64,000 nt of DNA from Patescibacteria group bacterium (GTDB taxonomy: Bacteria > Patescibacteriota > Doudnabacteria > UBA920 > O2-02-FULL-48-8). Positions 1-9,538 of the stretch are shown piece by piece. The stretch spans positions 3,984 to 67,983 of the forward strand of contig DASWFI010000007.1 of the NCBI GenBank assembly GCA_036394315.1. Direction: 5' to 3'. A program made the translations under genes and the position numbers. The stretch's first letter is position 1; every line of letters begins with the position of its first letter. The notes beneath the pieces were generated by a model, which did no database searches, was not told the origin of the DNA, and saw nothing but the letters and a program-made list of their open reading frames with translations.

Positions 1-702
1 TTTGCCCTGTATAGATTTAAACCAAATTTTTCCACCTGAAGCCTCAATGAAAGCTTTGGCAATAAACAACCCCAGGCCAGTGCCTACAGATTCTACTTTA
101 TAAACATTGCTGCCTCGAAAAAATTTATTAAACACTTGCGCTTGTTGATTCTTGGGAATACCCATGCCTGTGTCAGTGATCGCGCACTCTAAAGTTTTAA
201 GGTCATTTTCCTTGACCCGAAGATCGATCGTGACTTTGCCGTGTTGCGGAGTGTAGGCCAAGGCATTGTTAATGAGATTATTAAACGCCTGCTTGATCTT
301 ACTCGCTTCCGTGCGGACCACCGGAAAAGGCTCGTGTTCGACAGTGAAGGACACTTGCAACCCTTTTCTTTGGATTTCTTTTTCTTTCTCTTTAAGGAGG
401 CTACGGATAATCACGGTAAGATCAGTGGGCTGTAGATAGAGTTTGGTTTCCCCTTTTTCCACACGCGAAACTTCCAGCAAGTCATTCACCAGTGCAATTA
501 AGCGTTCGTTAAAAAAAACTGTTTTTTCTATATATTCTTTTTGTTTCTTGCTCAGGGGACCGGAGCTTGGCCGCTGGAGCAATTCCAGCATCCATTTCAT
601 GCCTGATAGCGGTGTTCGCAGTTGATGCGAAGCCAAGTTGGCGAAATCCGACGCAAAGTCGCCTTCTTTTTCTTTTTTTAACTTTGATCTTTTGCCTGCC
701 AT
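1..702 (-). CDS. Histidine kinase (HisKA + HATPase_c), almost no N-terminal sensor; runs off the window edge
   Basis: Manual translation from ATG at 702: MAGKRSK...ANLASHQLRTPLSG (H-box), NLINNALAYT (N-box), DTGMGIP (G1), GTGLGL (G2). Missing from the ORF track because its stop lies outside the window. Confidence 0.9.
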   Translation of the reverse strand, partial: MAGKRSKLKKEKEGDFASDFANLASHQLRTPLSGMKWMLELLQRPSSGPLSKKQKEYIEKTVFFNERLIALVNDLLEVSRVEKGETKLYLQPTDLTVIIRSLLKEKEKEIQRKGLQVSFTVEHEPFPVVRTEASKIKQAFNNLINNALAYTPQHGKVTIDLRVKENDLKTLECAITDTGMGIPKNQQAQVFNKFFRGSNVYKVESVGTGLGLFIAKAFIEASGGKIWFKSIQGK

Positions 703-711
703 TTTTTAAAT

Positions 712-2448
712 TTATTTACTGACTATAGGTAAATGCGCCAAAAAAGTCGAGCCCTTCCCGGCCTGCGAGAATGCTTCCACTTTACCGCCGTGCGCTTCCG
801 CAATCCCTTTGGCGATAACTAACCCTAAGCCCGTGCCTTTTTTTTCCGACATAACACCTTGTTCCAACTGAGTAAATTTATTAAATAATTTGTGCAAATG
901 CTCTTCCGGAATACCAACCCCTGTGTCTGTGACGGCCAAAACGAGCTGGTCAGAATCAAAAGATATTTCCTTAATTCCTGGCCAGATCATACCCAAACTG
1001 CTTACTTTTTTAAGCAGGCTCTCCCCGTCCTTCATAAAGAAGACGGATGTTGTGATTTTACCTTGTTGCGTGAATTTGATCGCATTTGATAAAAAATTAT
1101 TCAAAACCTGAGAAATTTTATTTTCATCCAAAGAAAAACTGGCTGGTAATTCTGGATCTATTTTGGTTTCCAAAATGACATGATTTTCGGCCGCCAAGGA
1201 TGCGAATGATTGAGTACGATTTTTTACGACATCAGCGATGTTGGTGTCTCTTCGCAGCAATTGAAATTTCCCTGCCTCAAGTTTGGCCACATCCAACAGA
1301 TCATTGACCAAGTCGAGCATGGACGCGGCATTAGAGACGATCAGCTCGATAAACTCCTGATATTTCTTTTGTTCGTTTTTAATTTTATCTTCTTTCAATA
1401 AGTTGGCTATGGATCGGATGCCAGTGAGCGGGCTTCGGAGTTCGTGGACCATCATAGAAGTAAAATCATCGCGCATTTTTTCTACCGCTTTTTCCTTGGT
1501 GATGTCGTGAAATAAAACTACGACACCCAAAGGCTCGTTTTGTGTATCTTTCACCGGACTTATAAGCACGCGCAAAACTTTATCCGAGAGCTTCAGTTGT
1601 TCCTCCACAATCAGTTTGTCATTGCGCATGCTTTCTTCCATCTTCGTCCGCAAATCCATTTTGGAGGAAAGCTTGTCCAAAATATCCAGAATTGTCGGCT
1701 GGGATTTCGAAATGGAAAGCATTTGCTTGGCCGTGGGATTGATAACCAACAATCGGTTTCTGGTGTCCACCATGAGTACGCCATCAGCCATGGATTCGAC
1801 CATAGCATTGAGTTTGCCTTTTTCCTGGTTTAAAATATTTTCCAGTTTGGAAACCGCTGTCGAAGCCTGGTGCATGATGGTATAAAGGATCATCATTTCC
1901 TCTTCTTTGTATAATCCTACTTTAGTGGAAGAAACATTAAGCAACCCCACCGGCTGATCATTGATTACGACTGGCACGTTAAATAAAGATTTTATGGTAT
2001 GTTTGTTGGATTCGTCAGTGATGGTGCCGGAGATGCTTTCATCCACGTTTTCCAATTTGATTTCCCGGGCAGTAAGGGCAGTCAGCGATGCGATCATCCG
2101 GTTTTCTACATCATCAATAAATTTTTTGTTCACCGATTCTTCGACTATGCAGTGGAAAATTACCCGGCCTTCTTCGCCTAAAATAAGATAAGACACTGTG
2201 GAGTAATCCATTAGTTTTCGCAGAGAACTGGTCACCACGTCCACAATTTTTTGTACGTTTAAAGAATAACCGATGCGATCCCCCAATTCTTTCAAGATGG
2301 AGACTTCATACATCCGCCTTTGCATTTCGAATTCCTTGCTCTTCAAATTGTTGCGTATGCGGGCATTTTCTATCCAAACAAAAACAAAGACAATCACTGT
2401 GTAAATTGCCAGCACTATAAAAAATTGTCCTGATTCAAATCCCGCCAT
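712..2448 (-). CDS. Membrane-anchored GAF-PAS sensor histidine kinase
   Basis: N-terminal TM; GAF-like segment; PAS (ESMADGVLMVD...INPTA); H-box MVHELRSPL; NFLSNAIKFT; DTGVGIP; GTGLGL. Confidence 0.93.
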   Translation of the reverse strand: MAGFESGQFFIVLAIYTVIVFVFVWIENARIRNNLKSKEFEMQRRMYEVSILKELGDRIGYSLNVQKIVDVVTSSLRKLMDYSTVSYLILGEEGRVIFHCIVEESVNKKFIDDVENRMIASLTALTAREIKLENVDESISGTITDESNKHTIKSLFNVPVVINDQPVGLLNVSSTKVGLYKEEEMMILYTIMHQASTAVSKLENILNQEKGKLNAMVESMADGVLMVDTRNRLLVINPTAKQMLSISKSQPTILDILDKLSSKMDLRTKMEESMRNDKLIVEEQLKLSDKVLRVLISPVKDTQNEPLGVVVLFHDITKEKAVEKMRDDFTSMMVHELRSPLTGIRSIANLLKEDKIKNEQKKYQEFIELIVSNAASMLDLVNDLLDVAKLEAGKFQLLRRDTNIADVVKNRTQSFASLAAENHVILETKIDPELPASFSLDENKISQVLNNFLSNAIKFTQQGKITTSVFFMKDGESLLKKVSSLGMIWPGIKEISFDSDQLVLAVTDTGVGIPEEHLHKLFNKFTQLEQGVMSEKKGTGLGLVIAKGIAEAHGGKVEAFSQAGKGSTFLAHLPIVSK

Positions 2449-2476
2449 TATTTTTTGTTTCTCGTGAACGTGGTAG

Positions 2477-2782
2477 CTAAACTTTGGTACCCGATGCTAA
2501 TTTGGAAAATCCCAATCCCAAAAAAACCAACCCTATCAAACTCATGATGTCCTGAAGAATTGCAGACTGTAAAGTTGGCTTTATAATCGAAAAATTGACC
2601 AATGCGTGCTCAATCGCTGAGAGAGAGAAAAATATAATCCCAATACCCAAGAGCCGAATAGCCTTGCCCACTATTCCACCATATGCCTTAGTAGTGATCA
2701 TAAAATTATAAAAGACCCCAATCAGGACAACGGCTATACAGCCTTGTATAAACAAATTAGTAGTAGATTCAAATTGAAACAT
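2477..2782 (-). CDS. Small 3-TM membrane protein in the signalling operon
   Basis: 101 aa, three hydrophobic segments, co-oriented and tightly spaced. Confidence 0.75.
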   Translation of the reverse strand: MFQFESTTNLFIQGCIAVVLIGVFYNFMITTKAYGGIVGKAIRLLGIGIIFFSLSAIEHALVNFSIIKPTLQSAILQDIMSLIGLVFLGLGFSKLASGTKV

Positions 2783-2804
2783 TTTGGTTTTTACCTCGCT
2801 ATAT

Positions 2805-3077
2805 TTAATTAATGTTAATTTTTATTTCAGGGTATTTGGCCAGAACAGGGTTAAGAACATTTTTCACGATCTGGCCTGAGAGAGCGATGTATTCATCGAT
2901 CAGGTTTTGTAGGACAGTTTGCGGATCCCCTTCGATATTCTCCACCATGCCATCCTTAGCCAAAGTTAATCCTGGGACACTACGGGCTTTGAGTAAAACA
3001 ATATCAGATCCTAAAATTATTGTTTGTTTGACAATAATATCATTAATTAGTTTTTTATAATCTTCTAATTGTGCCAT
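2805..3077 (-). CDS. Small hypothetical protein in the signalling operon
   Basis: 90 aa soluble ORF starting 4 bp after the response regulator stop. Confidence 0.75.
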   Translation of the reverse strand: MAQLEDYKKLINDIIVKQTIILGSDIVLLKARSVPGLTLAKDGMVENIEGDPQTVLQNLIDEYIALSGQIVKNVLNPVLAKYPEIKININ

Positions 3078-3081
3078 GGGT

Positions 3082-3480
3082 TTATTTAGGCAGTTCGCCG
3101 CGTCGCTTCATCACGGTTTTAATTTTAGCCACCAATTCTTCCAAACGATAATTCGCCTTTACCAGGTAATCCATAGCTCCCAACGACAAAGCCTCTGAAA
3201 CTTTATCATAATCCGAGAGGTTGGTCAGAATCACCACCTGAATATCTTTTGTCTCCGGGTTTTCTTTCATCTGCTTGAGTGCACCTATCCCATCGAGTCG
3301 GGGCATGACTAAATCCAGCAGGATCAGATCGGGTTTTTCCGAAACGGCTTTTTCCACTCCTTCCATTCCATCCTTGGCGCCCACGACCTCAAAACCCTCT
3401 TGTTTCAGCTCCTCGCAAAGCGCGGTAAGCAAGATTTCCTCGTCCTCGACGATCAAAACCTTAATTTTTTTATCTACCAT
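3082..3480 (-). CDS. Stand-alone response regulator (receiver only)
   Basis: VLIVEDE, DLILLDLVMPRLDG, VVILTN, GAMDYLVK; no output domain. Confidence 0.93.
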   Translation of the reverse strand: MVDKKIKVLIVEDEEILLTALCEELKQEGFEVVGAKDGMEGVEKAVSEKPDLILLDLVMPRLDGIGALKQMKENPETKDIQVVILTNLSDYDKVSEALSLGAMDYLVKANYRLEELVAKIKTVMKRRGELPK

Positions 3481-3604
3481 ATTTTTGTGTCTTTTCTTGT
3501 TAAATTGACTGTAATATTATAGCATATACTGACTAAAAAGAAAAAACCCAGCTAATCTATCCCACGAACGACGAACCACCCCCTTATTAAAACCTACTAT
3601 CCAA

Positions 3605-3642
3605 AGAAAAAAGTCTTTGACTTCTATCAAAGACTTTTTTCT
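3605..3642. terminator. Intrinsic terminator after tRNA-Tyr
   Basis: agaaaaaagtctttga-cttcta-tcaaagacttttttct inverted repeat. Confidence 0.8.
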
Positions 3643-3912
3643 GGTGGGGAGTGAAGGATTTGCACCTTCGAAGGCTAAAGCCAGCTGATTTCATTTTTTC
3701 CTAAGGTTTCCCAAAGGCATGGACTATATCATCACCATTTCAGGTGTTCCAGTATCTAGTCTCTACGGGCTCTCTTTTGGAGATTCCCACGGTATTGGCT
3801 TGGCTTTCGCTTTAGCGTTCACCGTTATCCTGGAATGTTCATCTTGAAGTTTCCCCCAAGAGCTGCAATTGTTCTCACAGTCAGCCCCGTTTGACTACTT
3901 CGGTAACTCCCC
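3642..3912 (-). tRNA. tRNA-Tyr(GUA), split by an intron (exon 1 3877-3912, exon 2 3642-3691)
   Basis: Joined exons: GGGGAGTTACCGAAGTAGTCAAACGGGGCTGACTGT|AAATCAGCTGGCTTTAGCCTTCGAAGGTGCAAATCCTTCACTCCCCACCA; acceptor GGGGAGT/ACTCCCC, anticodon stem GCTGA/TCAGC, long variable arm, encoded CCA. Confidence 0.93.
3692..3876 (-). ncRNA. Group I self-splicing intron, 185 nt, no ORF
   Basis: P1 exon CUGU with intron GCAG (U.G at the splice site); P2 with GAAA loop; P3 UUCCAG/CUGGAA; P4 ACGGU/ACCGU; P7 GACUA/UAGUC; P8 CACC/GGUG; P9 with GAAA loop; terminal G. Confidence 0.92.
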
Positions 3913-3936
3913 ATATCTTTTAACCAACTATCTTTC

Positions 3937-4010
3937 TGGAGCCCCCGGGTAGAATCGAACTACCGCCTACAGTTTACAAAACTGTTGTTCTGCCACTGAA
4001 CTAAGGGGGC
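3937..4010 (-). tRNA. tRNA-Thr(UGU)
   Basis: GCCCCCTTAGTTCAGTGGCAGAACA ACAGT-TTTGTAA-ACTGT ...GTTCGATTC...GGGGGCTCCA. Confidence 0.96.
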
Positions 4011-4036
4011 AAAAATTGCTAACAACTAATTTTATC

Positions 4037-4888
4037 TTAAATCTTAAGCCTCATCAACTTTTCACGGGCGGTTTTATTGCCCGGTTCAAGCGCCAGGATT
4101 TGTTCCAGGACTTCCTCTGCACGCACGTAATTTTCCAATTTCACATAAGCATCTGCCAGCAAGCTGAGGTAATTAACATTTAATTTATCCAGCTGGACCG
4201 CGGAAGAAAGGGCTTTTACAGCTTTGGTATAATCCTCCAGTGCTTCAAAGCACAGCCCCAAATTTACCCACCGCGTGGGTATTTTGCTGTTAATGCTCAG
4301 GGCTTTCTCGTATGCCTCTTTCGCCTTTTGGTATTCCTTCAGCGAATAATGCGACATTCCCAAATTGCTGTAATAAATATCTCTGGTCGGATCAAGTTTG
4401 ACCAGATATTCATAAGTCTGTACTGCATCAGCGTAATTTTTATTTTGCAGATACAATCTGCCCAGCGCCTCATAAGCTTCTCGATCGTGGGGATTTTTTT
4501 TAATCGCCGCCAGATAAAGATCTTCGGGGGTTTGGTTCGCGGAAGGCTTAATGCTCAACTCAGCCGCCTCAGGCAGCCACTGCGGATCGGCTGTAGAAGA
4601 TCTGATACGGATCCGAAAAGCGCTTTTCACTTTTTCGTATTGACTCTCAAAAGTTTTCGTGGCGGCGGGTTTCAAATCCTTCGCTTCCAAAATAAAACGC
4701 CAAAGCTTGTGAGCCACGATTCCCAACTTCTGCTTGATGTAAGGCCAAAGATCGTAATGATGAGTTGTCGTTGGTGTAATTCGCAATCGAATCTGCGGCC
4801 GGCTGTTAAGCTGGCCGAGTTTGAATAAAAACAAACTCACAGCAACCAAAACCGCGACTGCTAAAACAACAACTAAGGAGATAATCAT
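4037..4888 (-). CDS. Membrane-anchored TPR-repeat protein
   Basis: N-terminal TM; repeated TPR helices (AYEALGRLY, YYSNLGMSHY, WVNLGLCF). Confidence 0.85.
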   Translation of the reverse strand: MIISLVVVLAVAVLVAVSLFLFKLGQLNSRPQIRLRITPTTTHHYDLWPYIKQKLGIVAHKLWRFILEAKDLKPAATKTFESQYEKVKSAFRIRIRSSTADPQWLPEAAELSIKPSANQTPEDLYLAAIKKNPHDREAYEALGRLYLQNKNYADAVQTYEYLVKLDPTRDIYYSNLGMSHYSLKEYQKAKEAYEKALSINSKIPTRWVNLGLCFEALEDYTKAVKALSSAVQLDKLNVNYLSLLADAYVKLENYVRAEEVLEQILALEPGNKTAREKLMRLKI

Positions 4889-4889
4889 C

Positions 4890-5477
4890 TTACTCCGCTC
4901 CGACTACGAACCGTGAAAATCTACGAACTTGGATGTTTTCGCCCAGTTTCGCCACTCTTTCAGCGATCAAGTCTTTGACTTTTTTCTCCGGCTCGCGCAC
5001 GTAAGGCTGGTCCAGCAGACAAACCTGTTCGTAATATTTTTCTAATTTGCCGGTGAGAATCTGCTCCTGCATATTTGCCGGTTTGCCTTTGATCTGCTCA
5101 GCGTAAATCTGTTTTTCGTTATCTATGGCATTCTGCGGCACTTCCTCGCGCGAGACGTATAAAGGCGAGGCCGCGGCTACGTGCAGAGCAATTTCCTGGG
5201 CCAATGCCTGAAAATCTTCATTTCTGGCCACAAAGTCAGTTTCACAATTAAGCTCCAGCAGTACACCCACTTTGCCGCCGGCGTGAATGTAGGAAGTGAC
5301 GATTCCCTCTTTCGTGGTCCTACTAGATTTTTTGGCAAGTGAAGCATGACCTTTTTTGCGTAAAATGGTTATGGCTTCATGAAAATCCTTTGCTTCTTGC
5401 AAAGCTTTCTTTGCATCCATCATTCCCGCGCCCGTAACATCTCGAAGTTTCTTAATATCTTCTGTTGTAATTTGCAT
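4890..5477 (-). CDS. tsf: Elongation factor Ts (short form)
   Basis: IKKLRDVTGAGMMDAKKAL, ELNCETDFVARN; follows rpsB. Confidence 0.98.
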   Translation of the reverse strand: MQITTEDIKKLRDVTGAGMMDAKKALQEAKDFHEAITILRKKGHASLAKKSSRTTKEGIVTSYIHAGGKVGVLLELNCETDFVARNEDFQALAQEIALHVAAASPLYVSREEVPQNAIDNEKQIYAEQIKGKPANMQEQILTGKLEKYYEQVCLLDQPYVREPEKKVKDLIAERVAKLGENIQVRRFSRFVVGAE

Positions 5478-5501
5478 TTTGTACTCCTTTTATACTTTAT
5501 A

Positions 5502-6233
5502 CTATTTGGCTACTGCCGCGCCCTCAGTTTGAGCCATGATCGTTTGAGCCATATTATTGCGGCCCTCGTTGATCGCATCCGCCATGACCGAAGTCATGTA
5601 GCTTATCACCTTGATCGCATCATCGTTAGATGGAATCATATAGTCGACGTTGGTCGGATCCGAGTTTGTATCCACGAGACCGATCACTTTGACTTTTGAC
5701 TGGCGGGCTTCTTCCACCGGAATGTGATCATATTTAGTGTCGAGCACGAAAATTGCTTCAGGCAACTTTTTCATATCCTTGATTCCGGAAAAGAAAGTTT
5801 TCATCTTTTCCACTTCACGCGCGATCATCAACTGCTCTTTCTTGGTATATTTTTTGATCTCCCCGCTTTCGATCATCTTTTCCATCTTTTCCATCTTCTT
5901 GATGGTTCTTTGAATGGTACGGAAATTAGTGAAAGTCCCACCCAGCCAGCGTGTGACCACATAAGGCATGTTACAGGACTCGGCAGCTTTGCGCACTTCT
6001 TCTTTTGCCTGTCTTTTGGTTCCGACAAATAAAACCGTTCCGCCTCGAGCAACTGTTTCTTTGGCAAAGTTCAAAGCTTCAGTCAGCTTCTTGCGAGTTT
6101 TTTCCAAATCCAAAATATGGATATTGTTGCGCTGCGTGTATATATAAGATGCCATTTTAGGATTCCACAAGGAAGTCTTGTGGCCAAAATGCACGCCAGC
6201 CTTAAGCATCTCCATCAAATTGATGGTTTTCAT
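5502..6233 (-). CDS. rpsB: 30S ribosomal protein S2
   Basis: MLKAGVHFGH, RWLGGTFTNF, DTNSDP, PSNDDA. Confidence 0.99.
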   Translation of the reverse strand: MKTINLMEMLKAGVHFGHKTSLWNPKMASYIYTQRNNIHILDLEKTRKKLTEALNFAKETVARGGTVLFVGTKRQAKEEVRKAAESCNMPYVVTRWLGGTFTNFRTIQRTIKKMEKMEKMIESGEIKKYTKKEQLMIAREVEKMKTFFSGIKDMKKLPEAIFVLDTKYDHIPVEEARQSKVKVIGLVDTNSDPTNVDYMIPSNDDAIKVISYMTSVMADAINEGRNNMAQTIMAQTEGAAVAK

Positions 6234-6249
6234 AAATTATTGATCCTTT

Positions 6250-6342
6250 ATACTTCTGCTCCCGTCATCTGTTTTAGGAATCTCGAGGTTCATTGTCTTG
6301 ATCCTCGAAACAAGGCCTAAACACATCAGGTGAGCATGTATG
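6250..6342 (-). promoter_or_regulatory. Probable rpsB autoregulatory leader RNA (t44/S2-leader-like)
   Basis: Nested stems directly upstream of rpsB on the minus strand: ATAC..TGCTC ... GAGCA GAA GTAT, TTTAGG/CCTAAA, TCGAGG/CCTCGA. Confidence 0.6.
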
Positions 6343-6410
6343 ATTAATAGCTCATGGATTCTAGCATATAAAAGTGCTGGTGGCAAGAGCAGGATTTGTC
6401 TACATTTAAA

Positions 6411-6585
6411 CGCGACATTTGAAAAATGTTGTCGGAATTTGACGCGAAGGAGTAAGCCTGCAGCCCAGGGGAAATTTGCCGCTGTCCGAGCGACTAAAAA
6501 TCGGCTTTGATTTGTCCATGTCGCGAGTCCGGCAAATTTCCGACTTTTTTTGCGCTACTTTTCTTCTAGAAGAAAAGTAGCAAAT
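6411..6585. repeat. Palindromic ~175-nt intergenic element, copy 1
   Basis: Shares cgcgaca..gaaaaat..gtc.gaatttgacgc and a terminal gctactttt...aaaa.tagcaaat hairpin with 10259-10437; internal ggaaatttgccg/cggcaaatttcc. Confidence 0.7.
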
Positions 6586-6619
6586 AAAAAAGCCTTGCCG
6601 GTTTGCCCGGAAAGGCTTA

Positions 6620-7087
6620 TTACTGAATCCCGCCGTAGCCAAAGAAGAGTTTTCGCACATCCGGCGGTAGCCGTTTGGCGGGTTCGATACAGTTCCTCAC
6701 GAAGATATTCGGATGTGATTTCTGTCCCTCGAGAGGAGGTATAAACATTCCATTTTTCATCTTCTTCTCACTAAAAACGTGTGGAGACTGACGTCTTCCA
6801 TTGATGTAGATGACAGTATTGGAACTGGTATCACCACGCTGTTCCGATGCGTTCAGTTGAAGGCCTTTGCGATCTTTCAGAACGAACACACTGCAGCCTG
6901 GAATTGAGTAGTACGGTCTTTCAAAGATCTTGAGTAATTCTTCACTCCTCAGATCCTCGACTTTCCACTCCTGTGCCTGTGTTTCGACCACGCGCACGTT
7001 TGTCGGCGCCCTCGGAGGATTCGGCTTCCGCGTCTGCTCACCGGTCAGGGCCAGAACTGCCACGAGAACGATCAACACATGAGTCAT
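6620..7087 (-). CDS. Hypothetical secreted ORFan
   Basis: Likely start ATG 7087 after AGAGGTG; hydrophobic signal-like N-terminus, then PPRAPTNVRVV; terminator at 6586-6618. Confidence 0.6.
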   Translation of the reverse strand: MTHVLIVLVAVLALTGEQTRKPNPPRAPTNVRVVETQAQEWKVEDLRSEELLKIFERPYYSIPGCSVFVLKDRKGLQLNASEQRGDTSSNTVIYINGRRQSPHVFSEKKMKNGMFIPPLEGQKSHPNIFVRNCIEPAKRLPPDVRKLFFGYGGIQ

Positions 7088-7225
7088 GATTTCACCTCTT
7101 TTTGCGAAGCTGGTTTCGTCGGATGACAAGGATGCGTCGGATGATCAACGATAGAAAAACAATTGCAATGGCTACGATTTGCACACATCCTCCTTCCCTT
7201 TGCTAACAACCAATAATATCCTGTC

Positions 7226-7254
7226 TTGACTTATATGTCAATCTACGCTATAAT
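7226..7254 (+). promoter_or_regulatory. Sigma70 promoter of rpmE containing a TTGAC-N6-GTCAA palindrome
   Basis: TTGACT-17 nt-TATAAT, ATG 9 nt downstream. Confidence 0.75.
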
Positions 7255-7263
7255 CCCATAGCT

Positions 7264-7512
7264 ATGAAAATAAATTTACACCCACAATATTTTACTAACG
7301 CCAAGGTTGTCTGTGCTTGCGGCAATACCTTTACCACGGGTTCCACTAGACAGGAACTCCATGTTGAAATTTGCTCCAACTGCCATCCATTCTATACTGG
7401 CAAGCAAAACCTCATCGACGCCGCCGGTACGATTGATAAATTCAAAAAACGAACTTCCAAAGCCGCTGAGTTGAAATCCAAACGCATCACGAAGAAACTA
7501 GCCAAAGTTTAG
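7264..7512 (+). CDS. rpmE: 50S ribosomal protein L31 (Zn-binding type)
   Basis: [24 protein letters not shown]. Confidence 0.98.
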   Translation: MKINLHPQYFTNAKVVCACGNTFTTGSTRQELHVEICSNCHPFYTGKQNLIDAAGTIDKFKKRTSKAAELKSKRITKKLAKV

Positions 7513-7518
7513 ATACTC

Positions 7519-7562
7519 AAAAGACGTCATTTAAGATACAATATCTTTGATGGCGTCTTTTT
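7519..7562 (+). terminator. Terminator-like hairpin after rpmE
   Basis: aaaagacgtcat...atggcgtcttttt. Confidence 0.65.
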
Positions 7563-7589
7563 AATTCGTAATTCGCCTTTCGTTAATAT

Positions 7590-8645
7590 ATGGAACTCAA
7601 CTATTTACATCTGCAAAAAGAATACGATCAGATAAACGATAAACTTTCCCAAACGACTGATCGACAGGAATTAGCTAAGCTCGGCAAACGGCAATCCGAG
7701 CTTTTGCCAGTGGTGACTAAAATCAACCGGCTGGAAAAAGTAAAATCAGAGATTGCCGAGCACGAAAAACTGATCGCGGAAGAATCCGAACTTTCTGAAA
7801 TGGCCCAGGCCGAGCTCCCCTCCCTTCAATCCGAGCAGGAAAAGCTTCTGGAAGAAATCCGTGTCTTCATGCTGCCAAAAGATCCTTACGATGAAAAAAA
7901 CATCATTGTGGAAATTCGCGCCGGTGCTGGGGGTGATGAGTCGGCATTATTTGCGGCTGAATTGTTTCGAATGTATAGCAAATATGCGGAAAGGTTAGGC
8001 TATAAAGTGGTCGTGGCTTCATCAAGCCGGAACTCTCTGGGCGGGTTCAAAGAAATAATTTTCGAAGTCTTGGGGCATGGAGCTTATTCCAAATTTAAAT
8101 ACGAATCCGGCGTGCATCGCGTGCAAAGAGTTCCCGAAACTGAAAAATCCGGCCGCGTCCATACTTCAACGGTCACTGTGGCAGTGATGCCGGAAATCGA
8201 AGAGGTAGATTTCAAAATCGATCCGAAAGATTTAAAGATGGAAGCCACCACGGCCTCTGGTCACGGCGGTCAGTCTGTAAACACCACTTACTCTGCCATT
8301 CGGCTGACTCACTTGCCTACGGGGATTACCGTGGTCATGCAGGACGAACGATCGCAGGCTCAAAACCGGGAGAAAGCCTTTGCCATCATGCGCGCCCGAG
8401 TCTTGGCTTTGGAAGAAGAACGTAAAAGGAAAGAATTGAGCGATAAACGAAAATCTCAGATCGGTACAGGTGATCGGTCTGAAAAAATCCGCACTTATAA
8501 TTTCCCCCAGGACAGAATCACAGATCATCGCATCAACCAAAATTGGAACCAGATCAACATGATCATCGACGGTGAACTAGGACAAATCACAGAGGCCATG
8601 ATTGCTGAAGATCAAAAAAGACAATTGGAAGCCGCGAACAAATGA
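7590..8645 (+). CDS. prfA: Peptide chain release factor 1
   Basis: [25 protein letters not shown] (PxT), [15 protein letters not shown]. Confidence 0.98.
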   Translation: MELNYLHLQKEYDQINDKLSQTTDRQELAKLGKRQSELLPVVTKINRLEKVKSEIAEHEKLIAEESELSEMAQAELPSLQSEQEKLLEEIRVFMLPKDPYDEKNIIVEIRAGAGGDESALFAAELFRMYSKYAERLGYKVVVASSSRNSLGGFKEIIFEVLGHGAYSKFKYESGVHRVQRVPETEKSGRVHTSTVTVAVMPEIEEVDFKIDPKDLKMEATTASGHGGQSVNTTYSAIRLTHLPTGITVVMQDERSQAQNREKAFAIMRARVLALEEERKRKELSDKRKSQIGTGDRSEKIRTYNFPQDRITDHRINQNWNQINMIIDGELGQITEAMIAEDQKRQLEAANK

Positions 8646-9538
8646 CCATTCACGATCTCATAAATCTTGGGATAAAAAAACTCACAATCAGCGCCTCCAG
8701 AGCTTTAGATGCCGAGGTGCTTTTGTCTTTTGTCTTGAATAAACCCAAGGAATTTTTACTGGCCAACCCGCGCCAAAAAATTGATCCAAAACTGGAAAAA
8801 AAATTCCTCATGCTTATCAATCGCCGCCTTTTAGGGTGGCCAGTAGCATATCTTACGAAAAGCAAAGAATTTTACAAACTAAAGCTTTATGTCGACAAAA
8901 ATGTTTTGATCCCCAGACCTGAGACAGAAGGCTTAGTCGAACTCGCAATGGAAGAGATTAAAGGTTTAAGGTTAAAGTTTAAAGATAAAAAACCTTTGAG
9001 AATTCTCGACGTTGGTACTGGTTCTGGAAACATTATCATCAGCCTGGGAAAACAACTCCGTACTCTGTCCCCTGTACCCCATACTCAGCTATTCGCTTCT
9101 GATATTTCTCCCAAAACTATCGTTGTGGCCAGAAAAAATGCGAAACTTCACAAGGTGAAAATAAAATTTGCGGATGGTCACCTGCTGGAACCCTGGGGCA
9201 AACAGCGCTTCGATGTAATCATTGCCAATCTTCCATATTTAGCCAAGCTCGTGGATCCCTCTACCAAACATGAACCAATCGGGGCCTTAGTTGCGGCCAA
9301 AAAAGGCCTGAAGTTGTACCAGGAGCTTTTTAAACAACTCCGTACTCTGTCCCCCATCCCTTGTACCCTGTTTATAGAAATCGGCAGGGATCAGGGACTT
9401 CCAATCAAAAAGCTGGCAAAGAAACTTCTGCCAGCTTTTAAAACCAAAATTTATAAAGATTTATCCGGTCGCGATCGGTATGCTGTTATTTCTTCTCTTC
9501 CTTTTTCTCTTTTTTCTGATCATCCGTTGGAGCAGTAG
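8642..9538 (+). CDS. prmC: Release factor glutamine methyltransferase
   Basis: [21 protein letters not shown]; overlaps the prfA stop; 3' end overlaps convergent rplY by 53 bp. Confidence 0.95.
   Translation: MTIHDLINLGIKKLTISASRALDAEVLLSFVLNKPKEFLLANPRQKIDPKLEKKFLMLINRRLLGWPVAYLTKSKEFYKLKLYVDKNVLIPRPETEGLVELAMEEIKGLRLKFKDKKPLRILDVGTGSGNIIISLGKQLRTLSPVPHTQLFASDISPKTIVVARKNAKLHKVKIKFADGHLLEPWGKQRFDVIIANLPYLAKLVDPSTKHEPIGALVAAKKGLKLYQELFKQLRTLSPIPCTLFIEIGRDQGLPIKKLAKKLLPAFKTKIYKDLSGRDRYAVISSLPFSLFSDHPLEQ

Noticed and set aside
241-2191. Short plus-strand ORFs over the kinases (and similar shadow ORFs across the window)
   Set aside because: They are antisense or off-frame to well-supported genes and have no recognisable motifs
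6406-6744. 84-aa and 64-aa ORFs
   Set aside because: They read through the palindromic element and terminator and are not protein-like
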